From an uncultured Methylomirabilota bacterium (GTDB taxonomy: Bacteria; Methylomirabilota; Methylomirabilia; Methylomirabilales; 2-02-FULL-66-22), in contig CAWJSJ010000002.1 in assembly GCA_963845565.1 (NCBI GenBank), positions 1,536,001-1,600,000 on the forward strand: a stretch of DNA of 64,000 nt, written 5' to 3'. The notes under the pieces were generated by a model that saw only the letters and a list, made by a program, of their open reading frames with translations, searched no databases and was not told the origin of the DNA. Made by a program: the position numbers and the translations under genes. Shown here one piece after another: positions 39,611 to 49,276 of the stretch. The first letter of the stretch is position 1, and each line of letters opens with the position of its first letter.

Positions 39611-40636
39611 ATGGCAACGATCGGGGTAGCGGTGGCAGGCTGCGGGATGATCGGCGGGGTACACGTCACGGCGCTGAAGGAAATCCCGGACGCCCGCGTG
39701 GCCGGCGCCTGGAGCCGTTCGTCGGAGCGGACGCAGCAGTTCGCGTCGCAGCATCAGATCCGCGGTTATCGGAGCTACGAGGAGCTGCTGGCGGACCCGG
39801 GGGTCGAGGCGGTGATCGTCACGCTACCGTCCGGGTATCACGCGGAATACGGCATCAAGGCTGCCGAGGCCGGCAAGCACGTGATCGTCGAGAAACCGAT
39901 CGACGTCACGGAGGCCAAGGCTCGGACGTTGATCGAGGCGTGTCGGAAAGCCGGCCGGCACCTCTCCGTGGTCTTCCAGAACCGGTACTCTCCGGCCGCG
40001 CAGAAGGTTCGGAAGGCCCTGGACGCGGGGGTGCTGGGCAAGCTCGTCCTGGGGGATGCCTATGTCAAGTGGTGGCGCACCTCCCAGTATTACGCCTCCA
40101 GTCCCTGGCGCGGATCGAAAGCGGTTGACGGCGGGGGAGCGCTCATCAACCAGGCCATCCATACCATTGACCTGCTCCAGTGGTTCATGGGCGGGGCCAA
40201 GCGGGTCTCGGGCCTGGTCCGGACCTCGACCCATGCGATCGACAGCGAGGATCTCGGGGTGGCCACGGTGGAATTCCTGGGCGGCGCAGTGGGGGTCATC
40301 GAGGGGACCACGGCGGTCCAGCCGGCCTGCAAGGAACGGCTGGAGATCCACGGCCAGAACGGCTCCGTGACCCTGGAAGGGGGCTTCATCACCTCCTGGA
40401 AGGTCGAGGGCTGCGCCGAGGCGGATTACGTGGACCCCCAGCCGGTGTCCGTCGGGGGCTCGGCCTCGCCGGCGATTTCCCACGAGCGGCACCAGGCGCA
40501 GCTCGCCGACATCCTCGCGGCGATCCGGGCCGGCCGGCCGTCCCCGGTCAGCGGCGAGGAAGGGCTGAAGGCCCTCAAGATCGTCCTCGGCATCTATCAG
40601 TCATCGTCCACGGGGCGCTGGGTGGACGTGGGGTAG
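39611..40636 (+). CDS. Gfo/Idh/MocA family oxidoreductase
   Basis: GCGMIG, GKHVIVEKP, FQNRY, GGGALINQAIHTIDL. Confidence 0.93.
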   Translation: MATIGVAVAGCGMIGGVHVTALKEIPDARVAGAWSRSSERTQQFASQHQIRGYRSYEELLADPGVEAVIVTLPSGYHAEYGIKAAEAGKHVIVEKPIDVTEAKARTLIEACRKAGRHLSVVFQNRYSPAAQKVRKALDAGVLGKLVLGDAYVKWWRTSQYYASSPWRGSKAVDGGGALINQAIHTIDLLQWFMGGAKRVSGLVRTSTHAIDSEDLGVATVEFLGGAVGVIEGTTAVQPACKERLEIHGQNGSVTLEGGFITSWKVEGCAEADYVDPQPVSVGGSASPAISHERHQAQLADILAAIRAGRPSPVSGEEGLKALKIVLGIYQSSSTGRWVDVG

Positions 40637-40796
40637 AACCGGGAGCCGACCATCGCGAGCCAGGCTGGGTTTTTGTGTTTTTCCCTTCTGCGCTCTGGTC
40701 TATAATCCCGTCGCGCTGGCGGCCCGCGAACCCGCGGGTCGGTAGGACAGCGTGGCGGCCGCGCCGCGCCTTTGCGCCGCCCGCTCTTCGACGGGG

Positions 40797-40903
40797 AGCG
40801 TTCAGCGAGCACCTGCGCCACGGGGTGCCTGCGGGCTGCGTTCCCGGAACCGTCTTGCGTTCTCTCCTGAGCCGACCGCTGAGGGCCGACAGCTGAACGC
40901 TGA
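40797..40903. repeat. Family C inverted heptamer (GCTGANN) structure in pcrA leader
   Basis: GCGTTCAGC...GCCGACC GCTGAGG GCCGACA GCTGAAC GCTGAGC. Confidence 0.65.
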
Positions 40904-41005
40904 GCCGTTGTTAAAGAATAACGTGACCAGAGAAATTCGGGAACGGCATCAGGAGCCGTAACGAAATCGCAAACAATGGACACGGTATTTCGTAACGGCT
41001 CCTAA
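40904..41005 (+). repeat. Family A element, diverged copy 3
   Basis: Stems conserved, loops diverged; TGA/TCA/TAA boundary triplets. Confidence 0.88.
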
Positions 41006-41027
41006 CCTCCAAGGACCCGATTACTCC

Positions 41028-43253
41028 ATGATCGACGATCCCATCCTGGCTGATCTGAATCCGCCGCAGCAAGCGGCGGTGCAGCACGGCGATGGTCCGC
41101 TCCTCATCTTGGCCGGCGCCGGATCGGGGAAGACGCGGGTCATCACCCGGCGGGTCGCGCACCTGATCGCGCGGTGTGGCGTCCAGCCCTGGCAAATCCT
41201 GGCGGTGACCTTTACGAACAAGGCCGCCAACGAGATGCGGAAGCGCGTGGAGCAGGTCCTGGGCGGGCGCGGGCTCGCCGTCTCCCTGGGGACGTTTCAT
41301 TCCACCTGCGTCCGGATTCTCCGGAAGTGGCACACGGAGCTGGGGTTCCACCAGAGCTTCGTGATCTACGACGATGCGGACCAGCTCGGCGTGATCAGAG
41401 ATTGCCTGAGGGATCTGAATCTGAGCGAGCGCGTGATGAGCCCGCGAGCGGTGGCGGCACGGATCAGCCGGGCCAAGAACGAGATGCAGACCCCGGGCGA
41501 GTACGCCGCCGCGGCGACCGACTTCACCGAGGAGCGGACGGCGAAGATCTACAGCATGTACCAGGAGCGTCTCAAGGCGAGCCATGCGGTGGACTTCGAC
41601 GACCTGTTGATGCTCACGGTCCTGCTGTTTCGCGATCATGCGCACGTCCTGGAGTACTACCAGAACCTCTGGCGATACGTTCTGGTGGACGAGTACCAGG
41701 ACACCAACCACGCGCAGTACCAGATCGTCAACTTCCTCAGCCGCCGGCACGGGAATCTGTGCGTGGTGGGGGACGACGACCAGTCCATCTACCGGTGGCG
41801 CGGTGCGGATCTCAACAACATCCTGGACTTCGAGCGGGATCATCCGGGCTGCCGGGTCATCAAGCTGGAACAGAATTACCGGTCCACGCAGAACATCTTG
41901 GACGCCGCGGGCGGGGTGGTGGCGAACAACCGGGGCCGGAAGGGGAAGGCGCTCTGGACCGAGAATCCGGAAGGCGAGCCGATCGTCGCGTACCAGGCCC
42001 GGGACGAGCAGGCCGAGGCCGAATTCGTCGCGCAACGGGTCCGGGAGATGGCAGCAGAGAACAGGCACTCGCTGGACGATTTTGCCGTCTTCTACCGAAC
42101 CAACGCCCAGTCGCGGGTCCTGGAAGACGCGCTGCGGCGCGACCTGACGCCCTACGTGATCGTGGGCGGCCTGCGCTTCTACGAGCGGAAGGAAGTCAAG
42201 GACCTGGTGGCCTACCTCCGGCTGGTGGCCAACCCGGACGACGCGCAGAGCTTCAAGCGCATCGTGAACGTCCCGCTGCGAGGGATCGGGGCGGCGACGG
42301 TGGAGAAGCTGGACGGGCTGGCGCAAGCCGAGCGCGTCTCGATCTGGGAGGCCTGCACGCGGATCGCCGACCGGAAGATTGTGGGCGCCAAGACCCTGAA
42401 GGCGCTTGCGGAGTTGGTCGGGCTGATCGAAAAGGCGCGGGCCAAGCTGAGCGTCCTGACGGTGCCCGAGCTGATCGTGGAGCTCCTGGAGAGCACGGGG
42501 TACCTGGTCGACCTGAAAAACGAGGGGACCGTCGAGGCCGAGACGCGTCAGGAGAACCTGCAAGAGCTGGTGTCCGCCGCCCGGGAGTTCATGGAGCGGA
42601 GCGAGGACCACAGCCTGCAGGCGTTCTTGGACAGCGTGGCGTTGATCGCCGATATCGACGAGATGGCCGAGGGGACGGGACAGGTCACGCTGATGACGCT
42701 CCACTCGGCCAAGGGGCTGGAGTTCCCGGTGGTGTTCATGACGGGGATGGAGGAGGGAGTCTTCCCGCATGCGCGCGCGCTCCATGACGACGCCGAGCTC
42801 GAAGAAGAGCGTCGGCTCTGCTACGTCGGCATGACCCGCGCCCGGCAGCAGCTCTTCCTCACCTCGGCGTTGTCCCGGCGGCTCTACAATAACGACAGCT
42901 ACAACCTACCGTCTCGCTTCCTGGACGAGCTGCCGGAGCGCCTGGTGCAGCGGTGGAACGGGATGGGGAGGGTTGAGAGGCGGGGTTTAGGGCTCAGGGA
43001 TCAGGGAGTCGGGATGCGTTCCCCGGTCCCCAGCCGTCAGCCCCCCGCCCCCAAACGCGATTTCCAGTATCAGCCGGAGACGCAGTTCGTGGACCATCTC
43101 CAGGTGGGAATGCGTGTGCGCCATCCGGAGTGGGGCGTGGGGACGATCAAGGAACGGATCGGCGAGGGCGAGGACCTCAAGGTGGTGATCACCTTCGCCG
43201 GCGTGGGGCGAAAGAAGCTGGCAGCCAGCTTCGTGCAGCTGGATCGCGCGTAG
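41028..43253 (+). CDS. pcrA: ATP-dependent DNA helicase PcrA/UvrD
   Basis: AGAGSGKT, VTFTNKAA, VDEYQD, LEQNYRST, TLHSAKGLEF, EERRLCYVGMTRA, C-terminal Tudor (VRHPEWGVG). Confidence 0.96.
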   Translation: MIDDPILADLNPPQQAAVQHGDGPLLILAGAGSGKTRVITRRVAHLIARCGVQPWQILAVTFTNKAANEMRKRVEQVLGGRGLAVSLGTFHSTCVRILRKWHTELGFHQSFVIYDDADQLGVIRDCLRDLNLSERVMSPRAVAARISRAKNEMQTPGEYAAAATDFTEERTAKIYSMYQERLKASHAVDFDDLLMLTVLLFRDHAHVLEYYQNLWRYVLVDEYQDTNHAQYQIVNFLSRRHGNLCVVGDDDQSIYRWRGADLNNILDFERDHPGCRVIKLEQNYRSTQNILDAAGGVVANNRGRKGKALWTENPEGEPIVAYQARDEQAEAEFVAQRVREMAAENRHSLDDFAVFYRTNAQSRVLEDALRRDLTPYVIVGGLRFYERKEVKDLVAYLRLVANPDDAQSFKRIVNVPLRGIGAATVEKLDGLAQAERVSIWEACTRIADRKIVGAKTLKALAELVGLIEKARAKLSVLTVPELIVELLESTGYLVDLKNEGTVEAETRQENLQELVSAAREFMERSEDHSLQAFLDSVALIADIDEMAEGTGQVTLMTLHSAKGLEFPVVFMTGMEEGVFPHARALHDDAELEEERRLCYVGMTRARQQLFLTSALSRRLYNNDSYNLPSRFLDELPERLVQRWNGMGRVERRGLGLRDQGVGMRSPVPSRQPPAPKRDFQYQPETQFVDHLQVGMRVRHPEWGVGTIKERIGEGEDLKVVITFAGVGRKKLAASFVQLDRA

Positions 43254-43397
43254 CAGGCCGCTGAAAACGGCCCACCTGCTGCGTTGGCTCGCTCAGGCAC
43301 TCGTTGCGGCGTACCTGGAGTACGCCTCACTCGGCCTCGGGTACCCATCCCCGGGATGGGTGCGCCGCCTTGCATCTGGTCCGTTTTGAGCGGCCTG
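43254..43397 (+). mobile_element. Family B MITE-like element, copy 3
   Basis: Directly after the pcrA TAG; CAGGCCGCTGAAAACGG...CCGTTTTGAGCGGCCTG. Confidence 0.87.
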
Positions 43398-43436
43398 GGG
43401 AAAACCGGGTTTTCCGTATCCTGCTTGAAGGGGCGT

Positions 43437-43520
43437 CAGGCAACCCGGCACTTTGGCAATTCGGCAGGTGGGCACTCAGGACTTCCGAGTTGCCAAGTCG
43501 CCCAATTGCCTAATTGCCCG
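43437..43520. repeat. Family C inverted octamer array (GGCAAT/ATTGCC type)
   Basis: CAGGCAAC CCGGCACT TTGGCAAT TCGGCAGG TGGGCAC ... GTTGCCAA GTCGCCCA ATTGCCTA ATTGCCCG. Confidence 0.75.
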
Positions 43521-43536
43521 TTCCGAGGAGGAAGCG

Positions 43537-43830
43537 GTGGCGAAGATCACGCGGGCGGAGGTCGAGCAGGTGGCGCGCTTGGCGCGGTTGGAGCTGGGCG
43601 AGGACGAGAAGGCTCAGCTGACGGCCCAGCTCGACGCCATCCTGGGCTACATGGAGACACTGAACACCCTGGATACGCGCGGCGTGGAGCCGACCACGAC
43701 CGTCATTCCCATGGTGAGCGTGATGCGCGACGACGTGGTGCGGCCGTCCCTGGATCGGGAGGACGCCCTGGCGAACGCCCCCAATCGGGAGGGCGCCTAT
43801 TTCCAGGTACCGCGGATCATCGAGGACTGA
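43537..43830 (+). CDS. gatC: Asp/Glu-tRNA amidotransferase subunit C
   Basis: GTG start after GAGGAGG; VEQVARLARL, DTRGVEPT, LANAP, FQVPRI. Confidence 0.95.
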   Translation: MAKITRAEVEQVARLARLELGEDEKAQLTAQLDAILGYMETLNTLDTRGVEPTTTVIPMVSVMRDDVVRPSLDREDALANAPNREGAYFQVPRIIED

Positions 43831-43844
43831 CACTGGGGCGACAG

Positions 43845-43909
43845 GGAAATCCGACAGGGACAGCGGAACCCGGATCGTCCGATGTCCGCTGCCGGATGCC
43901 GCTGTCGGG
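43845..43909. repeat. Family C inverted heptamer array
   Basis: CCGACAG GGACAGC GGAACCC GGA / TCCGATG TCCGCTG CCGGATG CCGCTGT CGG. Confidence 0.6.
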
Positions 43910-43912
43910 TAC

Positions 43913-44014
43913 TTAGGAGCCGTTACGAAATAACCTATACATCGCTTTCTATTTCGTTACGGCTCCTTATGCCGTTTCGGAATGTCTCCGCTCAATTTAT
44001 TCTTTGACAACGGC
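43913..44014 (-). repeat. Family A element, copy 4, between gatC and gatA
   Basis: 3 substitutions relative to copy 2. Confidence 0.93.
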
Positions 44015-44028
44015 TTGGGAGACCGAGC

Positions 44029-45489
44029 GTGGATCTGTACCGGCTGACGATTCATGAGTTGCAGGACCTCATCCAGAGGGGCGACGTATCGCCGGTCGAG
44101 GCCGTGCAAAGCTACCTGGCTCGTATCGACGCCATCGAAGGGCGGGTGCAAGCCTTCAACCGCGTGACCGGGCAGGCCGCCTTGCAGGAGGCCGAACGGT
44201 ACGCGCAGTTGCAGGCGAGGAAGGTCGCCCTTCCGCCCCTGGCGGGGATTCCGCTGGCCATCAAGGACGTGATCTGCACGAAGGGGGTACCCACCACCTG
44301 CTCCTCCCGCATCCTGGAGGGATTTGTTCCGCCATACGACGCCACCGTGGTGAGCAAGCTCCGCGCCGCGGGAGCGCTCATCCTGGGCAAGACGAACATG
44401 GACGAGTTCGCGATGGGCTCGTCCACCGAGAATTCGGCGTTCCGGAACACGCGAAACCCCTGGAACCTGGCGTGTGTGCCGGGCGGCTCCAGCGGGGGCT
44501 CGGCCGCCGCCGTGGCGTCGGACATGTGCGCCGGCGGCCTGGGGACCGACACGGGCGGTTCCATCCGCCAGCCGGGCGGTTTCTGCGGGATCCCCGCCCT
44601 GAAGCCGACCTACGGCCGGGTCTCGCGATACGGGCTGGTGGCCTTCGCCTCCTCGCTCGACCAGATCGGCCCCATGACAAAAGACGTCCGGGATGCGGCG
44701 ATCCTCCTCGGCGCGATGGCGGGCCACGACCCGCTGGATTCGACGTCGGCCGAGGTTCCGGTGCCCGACTACGAGGCGGCGCTCACCGGCGACATCCGCG
44801 GTCTCAGGATCGGCATCCCGGCGGAATATTTCATCGAAGGCATGGCGCCCGAGGTGGAAACGGCGGTCCGCGCGGCCATCGCGACCCTGGAGGGGCTGGG
44901 CGCCGTCGCGGTCCCCGTGACGCTGCCGCATACCGCGTACGCCATCGCCACCTACTACCTGGTGGCGACGGCCGAGGCTAGCTCCAATCTCGGTCGCTAC
45001 GACGGGGTCAAGTACGGCTACCGGACGCCGGCCTCGGCGCACCTGATCGACATGTACATGAAGACCAGACGCGAGGGGTTCGGTGCCGAGGTGAAGCGGC
45101 GCATCATGCTGGGCACGTACGCGCTGAGCGCCGGCTACTACGACGCCTACTACCTGAAGGCGCTCAAGGTGCGCACGCTGATCCGGCGGGACTTCACGCA
45201 GGCCTTCGAGCGGTGCGAGTTGATCGTCACCCCGACCTCGCCGACCGCCGCCTTCCGGCTCGGGGAGAAAGTGGACGATCCGCTGCAGATGTACCTCGCG
45301 GACGTCTTCACGATCTCGGCGAACCTGGCCGGCGTCCCCGGGATGAGCGTCAACTGCGGGTTCACCGGGGCGGGATTGCCGATCGGGCTCCAGTTCCTCG
45401 GGAAGCCGTTCGACGAGGGCACGATCCTCCGAGCGGCACACGCCTACGAGCAGGCGACGCCGTGGCGGACACGGCGGCCGGACCTGTAG
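44029..45489 (+). CDS. gatA: Asp/Glu-tRNA amidotransferase subunit A
   Basis: [46 protein letters not shown]. Confidence 0.97.
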   Translation: MDLYRLTIHELQDLIQRGDVSPVEAVQSYLARIDAIEGRVQAFNRVTGQAALQEAERYAQLQARKVALPPLAGIPLAIKDVICTKGVPTTCSSRILEGFVPPYDATVVSKLRAAGALILGKTNMDEFAMGSSTENSAFRNTRNPWNLACVPGGSSGGSAAAVASDMCAGGLGTDTGGSIRQPGGFCGIPALKPTYGRVSRYGLVAFASSLDQIGPMTKDVRDAAILLGAMAGHDPLDSTSAEVPVPDYEAALTGDIRGLRIGIPAEYFIEGMAPEVETAVRAAIATLEGLGAVAVPVTLPHTAYAIATYYLVATAEASSNLGRYDGVKYGYRTPASAHLIDMYMKTRREGFGAEVKRRIMLGTYALSAGYYDAYYLKALKVRTLIRRDFTQAFERCELIVTPTSPTAAFRLGEKVDDPLQMYLADVFTISANLAGVPGMSVNCGFTGAGLPIGLQFLGKPFDEGTILRAAHAYEQATPWRTRRPDL

Positions 45490-45506
45490 GAGAAGGACGG
45501 GCGGAG

Positions 45507-45866
45507 ATGCGACTCCACAGCCGAACGGGGAACGGTGTGTTGGTCGGGTTTCTGGTCGCCGTCGTTGTCGCGGCCGTGCTGTCGCCGGGCTGGGCGGCCA
45601 CGGGCAAGGGTCGCGACCTGGTGGTGCTCGATCACGAGCGATGGCTGGACACGCTGAAGGGGACGGTCAAGAACTACAGCAAGCGGCCGGCCCGCGAGGT
45701 GACGGTGGTCGTGAAGTTCTTCGACCGGAAGAAGAAGGCGCTGGGGACACAGCGGGTCAATGTGGGCGATCTCCGCTCCGGGGATTCGTCGTCCTGGAGC
45801 CTGCCCATCGCCGAGAAGAACCGCTCGGCCACACAGTACACGTTCGAGACGCACGCCATCTGGTAG
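45507..45866 (+). CDS. Secreted FxLYD-like Ig-fold protein
   Basis: Signal peptide; KGTVKN...VVKFFD...LG...L.SG pattern. Confidence 0.65.
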   Translation: MRLHSRTGNGVLVGFLVAVVVAAVLSPGWAATGKGRDLVVLDHERWLDTLKGTVKNYSKRPAREVTVVVKFFDRKKKALGTQRVNVGDLRSGDSSSWSLPIAEKNRSATQYTFETHAIW

Positions 45867-45872
45867 TGAGGC

Positions 45873-45969
45873 AGCGATGAGCGGTCAGCGTTCAGCTGTC
45901 AGCAATCAGTTCCTGCGGAAGGCCGAAGGCCCAGGGCTGACCGCTGACCGCTGAAAGCCGTGTGCTGAC
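45873..45969. repeat. Family C inverted heptamer array (NNTCAGC / GCTGANN)
   Basis: GATGAGC GGTCAGC GTTCAGC TGTCAGC AATCAG ... GCTGACC GCTGACC GCTGAAA. Confidence 0.8.
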
Positions 45970-45992
45970 CCGAATTCCCCCGGGGAGTGATC

Positions 45993-47435
45993 ATGCCCGA
46001 GTTCGAAGCGGTCATCGGCCTGGAGGTCCACGCCGAGCTCCTCACGCGGTCGAAGATGTTCTGCGGCTGCGGCACCACCTTTGGCGCTCCCCCCAACACG
46101 CAGACCTGTCCGGTCTGTCTCGGAATGCCGGGGGTTCTGCCGGTCATCAACCGGCGGGCAGTCGAGCACGCGATCCGCACCGCCCTGGCGCTGCACTGCG
46201 CCATCGCGCCGGTGTCGCGCTTTGCGCGCAAGAACTACTTCTATCCCGATTTACCCAAGGCCTACCAGATCTCCCAATACGAACTGCCGCTGTCCGAACA
46301 CGGCTACGTCACGTTCACACTGGAGGGGGACGAGAAGCGGGTGGGGATCCGCCGCGTCCACCTGGAAGAGGATACGGGCAAGCTGGTGCACGCGGGCGTC
46401 ATGGAGGAGGCGGATTCCAGCCTGGTGGACTACAACCGCTGCGGCGTGCCCCTGATGGAGATCGTGAGCGACCCGGACCTCCGCACCCCCGGCGAGGCGG
46501 CGGAGTATCTGCGGACGCTGCGGGCGGTCCTGGTCTATCTCGGCGTGTGCGACGGCAACATGGAGGAAGGCAGCTTTCGCTGCGATGCCAACATCTCGAT
46601 CCGGCCCATCGGCGCGACCGAGCTGGGGGTCAAGGTCGAAGTCAAGAACATGAACTCCTTCAAGAACGTCCAAAAAGCCCTGGAGTACGAGATCCGGCGC
46701 CAGGTGCGGGCGGTCGCGGAGGGGGAGCGGCTGGTCCAGGAGACCCGCCTGTGGAACGCCGACCAGGAGATCACCCTCTCCATGCGAAGCAAGGAGCACG
46801 CCCACGACTATCGCTACTTCCCCGATCCGGACCTGGTACCGCTGGCGGTCGAGCCGGCCTGGATCGAGGAGATCCGGGGCGGCCTGCCGGAGCTGCCGGA
46901 CGCCAAGCGCGAGCGATTCGTGCGGGAGTACGGCATCCCGGCCTACGATGCGGGCGTGCTGACCGCGAGCAAGGAGCTGGCAGCGTACTACGAGGCCTGC
47001 GTCAAGGCGCCGAGCGATCCCAAGGCGGCCAGCAACTGGGTCATGGTGGAGCTCCTGGGCAGGCTGAACAAGGACGGGAAGGGCATCGCGGAAAGCCCGA
47101 TCGCCCCCGAACGGCTGGGAGCCATGCTGGACCTCCTGGCCAAGGGGACGATCAGCGGCAAGATGGCCAAGGAGTTCTTCGACGAGATGTACGCGACCGG
47201 GGCGGACCCGGCCGAGGTCCTCAAGCAGAAGGGCGGCCAGATCACCGACGCCGGGGAGATCGAGGGCATCATCCGGGGCGTGGTCGGCCAGCACGCCGGG
47301 CCGGCGGCAGAGTACCTGGCGGGGAAGGAGACGGCCTTCAACTTCTTGATCGGCCAGGTGATGCGAGCCACCAAGGGGAAGGCCAACCCCAAGCTGGTGA
47401 ACGAGCTTCTCAAGAAGATCCTACAGGCCGGCTGA
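45993..47435 (+). CDS. gatB: Asp/Glu-tRNA amidotransferase subunit B
   Basis: [41 protein letters not shown]. Confidence 0.97.
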   Translation: MPEFEAVIGLEVHAELLTRSKMFCGCGTTFGAPPNTQTCPVCLGMPGVLPVINRRAVEHAIRTALALHCAIAPVSRFARKNYFYPDLPKAYQISQYELPLSEHGYVTFTLEGDEKRVGIRRVHLEEDTGKLVHAGVMEEADSSLVDYNRCGVPLMEIVSDPDLRTPGEAAEYLRTLRAVLVYLGVCDGNMEEGSFRCDANISIRPIGATELGVKVEVKNMNSFKNVQKALEYEIRRQVRAVAEGERLVQETRLWNADQEITLSMRSKEHAHDYRYFPDPDLVPLAVEPAWIEEIRGGLPELPDAKRERFVREYGIPAYDAGVLTASKELAAYYEACVKAPSDPKAASNWVMVELLGRLNKDGKGIAESPIAPERLGAMLDLLAKGTISGKMAKEFFDEMYATGADPAEVLKQKGGQITDAGEIEGIIRGVVGQHAGPAAEYLAGKETAFNFLIGQVMRATKGKANPKLVNELLKKILQAG

Positions 47436-47571
47436 CCGTGGCACCGGCCCGACCGCACGCGGCCTCCGCGCGTGGAGGGCGCTGAACCGCTCGGCGCGCG
47501 GTCGTTGCGCTCTCTGTTGGTAACTGGAACGAATGTCCCCGTCGAACGTCCGCGAAATGGAGGTCCAGACC

Positions 47572-48990
47572 ATGGCCAGTACGGTTCACGTGCCCGACGA
47601 CCGGTATTTCGGCCCCGATCCTCGCCAGAAGGAGATCGCGCAGCGGCTCTACCAGACGGTCGCGAATCTCCCGCTGATCTGTCCGCACGGCCACGTGGAT
47701 CCGCGGATGTTTGCCGATCCCAACTATTCGCTGGGAACGCCCACCGACCTCCTGATCATCCCGGACCACTACGTCTTCCGGATGCTCTACTCGCAGGGCA
47801 TCCCCATGGAGTCGCTCGGCCTCGCCCGGAAGGACGGCGGTCCGGTGGAGACCGACCACCGCAAGATCTGGCAGACGTTCGCGGAGCACTTCTTTCTGTT
47901 CCGCGCCACACCCACCGGCATGTGGCTGAACCACGAGTTGCTGTCCGTCTTCGGCGTGGACGAGAAGCTCTGCGGGGAATCGGCGCAGCGGATCTACGAC
48001 CAGATCGCCGCCAAGCTGGCCTCTCCCGCGTTCCGGCCGCGGGCCCTCTTCGAGCGGTTCAACATCGAGGCGATGTCCACCACCGACTTCGCCACCGACC
48101 CGTTGGTGCACCATCAGGCGCTTCGCGCCTCGGGGTGGAAGGGGCGCATCGTGCCGTGCTTCCGGCCCGACGGCGTGGTGAACATCGACGCCCCCAACTG
48201 GCGCAAGAACATCGATGCGCTGGGCGCCGTAAGCGGGATCGAGGTGACGAGCGCCAAGACGTTGGTGAAAGCCCTGGAGAATCGCCGCGCCTTCTTCAAA
48301 AGCCTGGGCGCGACCTCGACCGACCACGCCGCCATGACCGCCCACACGGAGCACCTCGCAGCGCCCGAGGCGGAGGCGATCTTCCAGCGGGCGATGAGCG
48401 GCCAAGCCACCGCCAAGGACGCCATGCGATTCACGGGGCACATGCTCATGGAGATGGCCCGGATGAGCATCGAGGACGGCCTGGTGATGCAGCTTCACGT
48501 CGGCTCGTACCGGAATCACAACCCGCAGCTCTTCGCGCGCTTCGGAACCGACATGGGGGCGGATATCCCGATCGCCAGCGAATTCACCCGCAACCTGCGA
48601 CCGCTGCTCGTCAAGTACGGCAACGAGACGCGGCTCACCCTGATCCTGTTCAACCTGGACGAGTCCACCTACTCGCGCGAACTGGCCCCGCTGGCCGGCC
48701 ATTACCCGGCGCTGCGGTTGGGGCCGCCCTGGTGGTTCTTCGATAGCTTGAACGGCATGGAGCGCGCCCGCGAGTTGATGATCGAGACGGCGGGGCTGCA
48801 CAACACGGTCGGGTTCAACGATGATACCCGCGCCTTCCCATCGATTCCCGCGCGGCACGACCTGTCGCGCCGGGTGGACGCCAACTGGATCGCCGGGCTG
48901 GTGGTGCGGGGCATCGTGGACATGGATGACGCCGCGGAGATGATCCAGGATACCGCCTACCGGCTGGCGAAGAAGGCGTACAAACTGTGA
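47572..48990 (+). CDS. uxaC: Glucuronate (uronate) isomerase
   Basis: PHGH, DHYVFRMLYSQG, MQLHVG, PPWWFFDS, FNDDTRAFPSIPARHD. Confidence 0.95.
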   Translation: MASTVHVPDDRYFGPDPRQKEIAQRLYQTVANLPLICPHGHVDPRMFADPNYSLGTPTDLLIIPDHYVFRMLYSQGIPMESLGLARKDGGPVETDHRKIWQTFAEHFFLFRATPTGMWLNHELLSVFGVDEKLCGESAQRIYDQIAAKLASPAFRPRALFERFNIEAMSTTDFATDPLVHHQALRASGWKGRIVPCFRPDGVVNIDAPNWRKNIDALGAVSGIEVTSAKTLVKALENRRAFFKSLGATSTDHAAMTAHTEHLAAPEAEAIFQRAMSGQATAKDAMRFTGHMLMEMARMSIEDGLVMQLHVGSYRNHNPQLFARFGTDMGADIPIASEFTRNLRPLLVKYGNETRLTLILFNLDESTYSRELAPLAGHYPALRLGPPWWFFDSLNGMERARELMIETAGLHNTVGFNDDTRAFPSIPARHDLSRRVDANWIAGLVVRGIVDMDDAAEMIQDTAYRLAKKAYKL

Positions 48991-49115
48991 CAGGCTGCTG
49001 AAAAAGGCCCACCTGCGGCGTTGGAGCGCCTTGCCGCTCACTGCGGCGTACCTCCAGTGCGCCTCTCTCGGGCTTCAGCGCCCCGCCTTGCATCTGGGCC
49101 TTTTTGATCAGCCTG
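48991..49115 (+). mobile_element. Family B MITE-like element, copy 4 (no mini-hairpin insert)
   Basis: Directly after the uxaC TGA; CAGGCTGCTGAAAAAGGCCCA...TGGGCCTTTTTGATCAGCCTG. Confidence 0.87.
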
Positions 49116-49159
49116 GGAAATGACGAAATCCTCAACGTCCTGGTGCGGAGAAAGTCGGA

Positions 49160-49272
49160 ATTGAGGGGCGAGGGAGTGGGGAGCGAAGGAGATTGGATCC
49201 TCCGACGCCTGCTCTCTGGCCCCTCTTGTTCTTGATCTGGGGCTGAAGGCTGAGCGCTGACGGCTGATCGCT
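49160..49272. repeat. Family C repeat cluster (8-mer purine arm and pyrimidine arm, then GCTGANN heptamers)
   Basis: gaggggcgagggagtggggagcgaaggag ... ctccgacgcctgctctctggcccctc ... GCTGAAG GCTGAGC GCTGACG GCTGATC. Confidence 0.7.
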
Positions 49273-49276
49273 CGCC

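Noticed and set aside
3093..44014. Family A or B repeats as CRISPR arrays or tRNA
   Set aside because: Dispersed single copies, no repeat-spacer periodicity, no cas genes, no cloverleaf or T-loop motif
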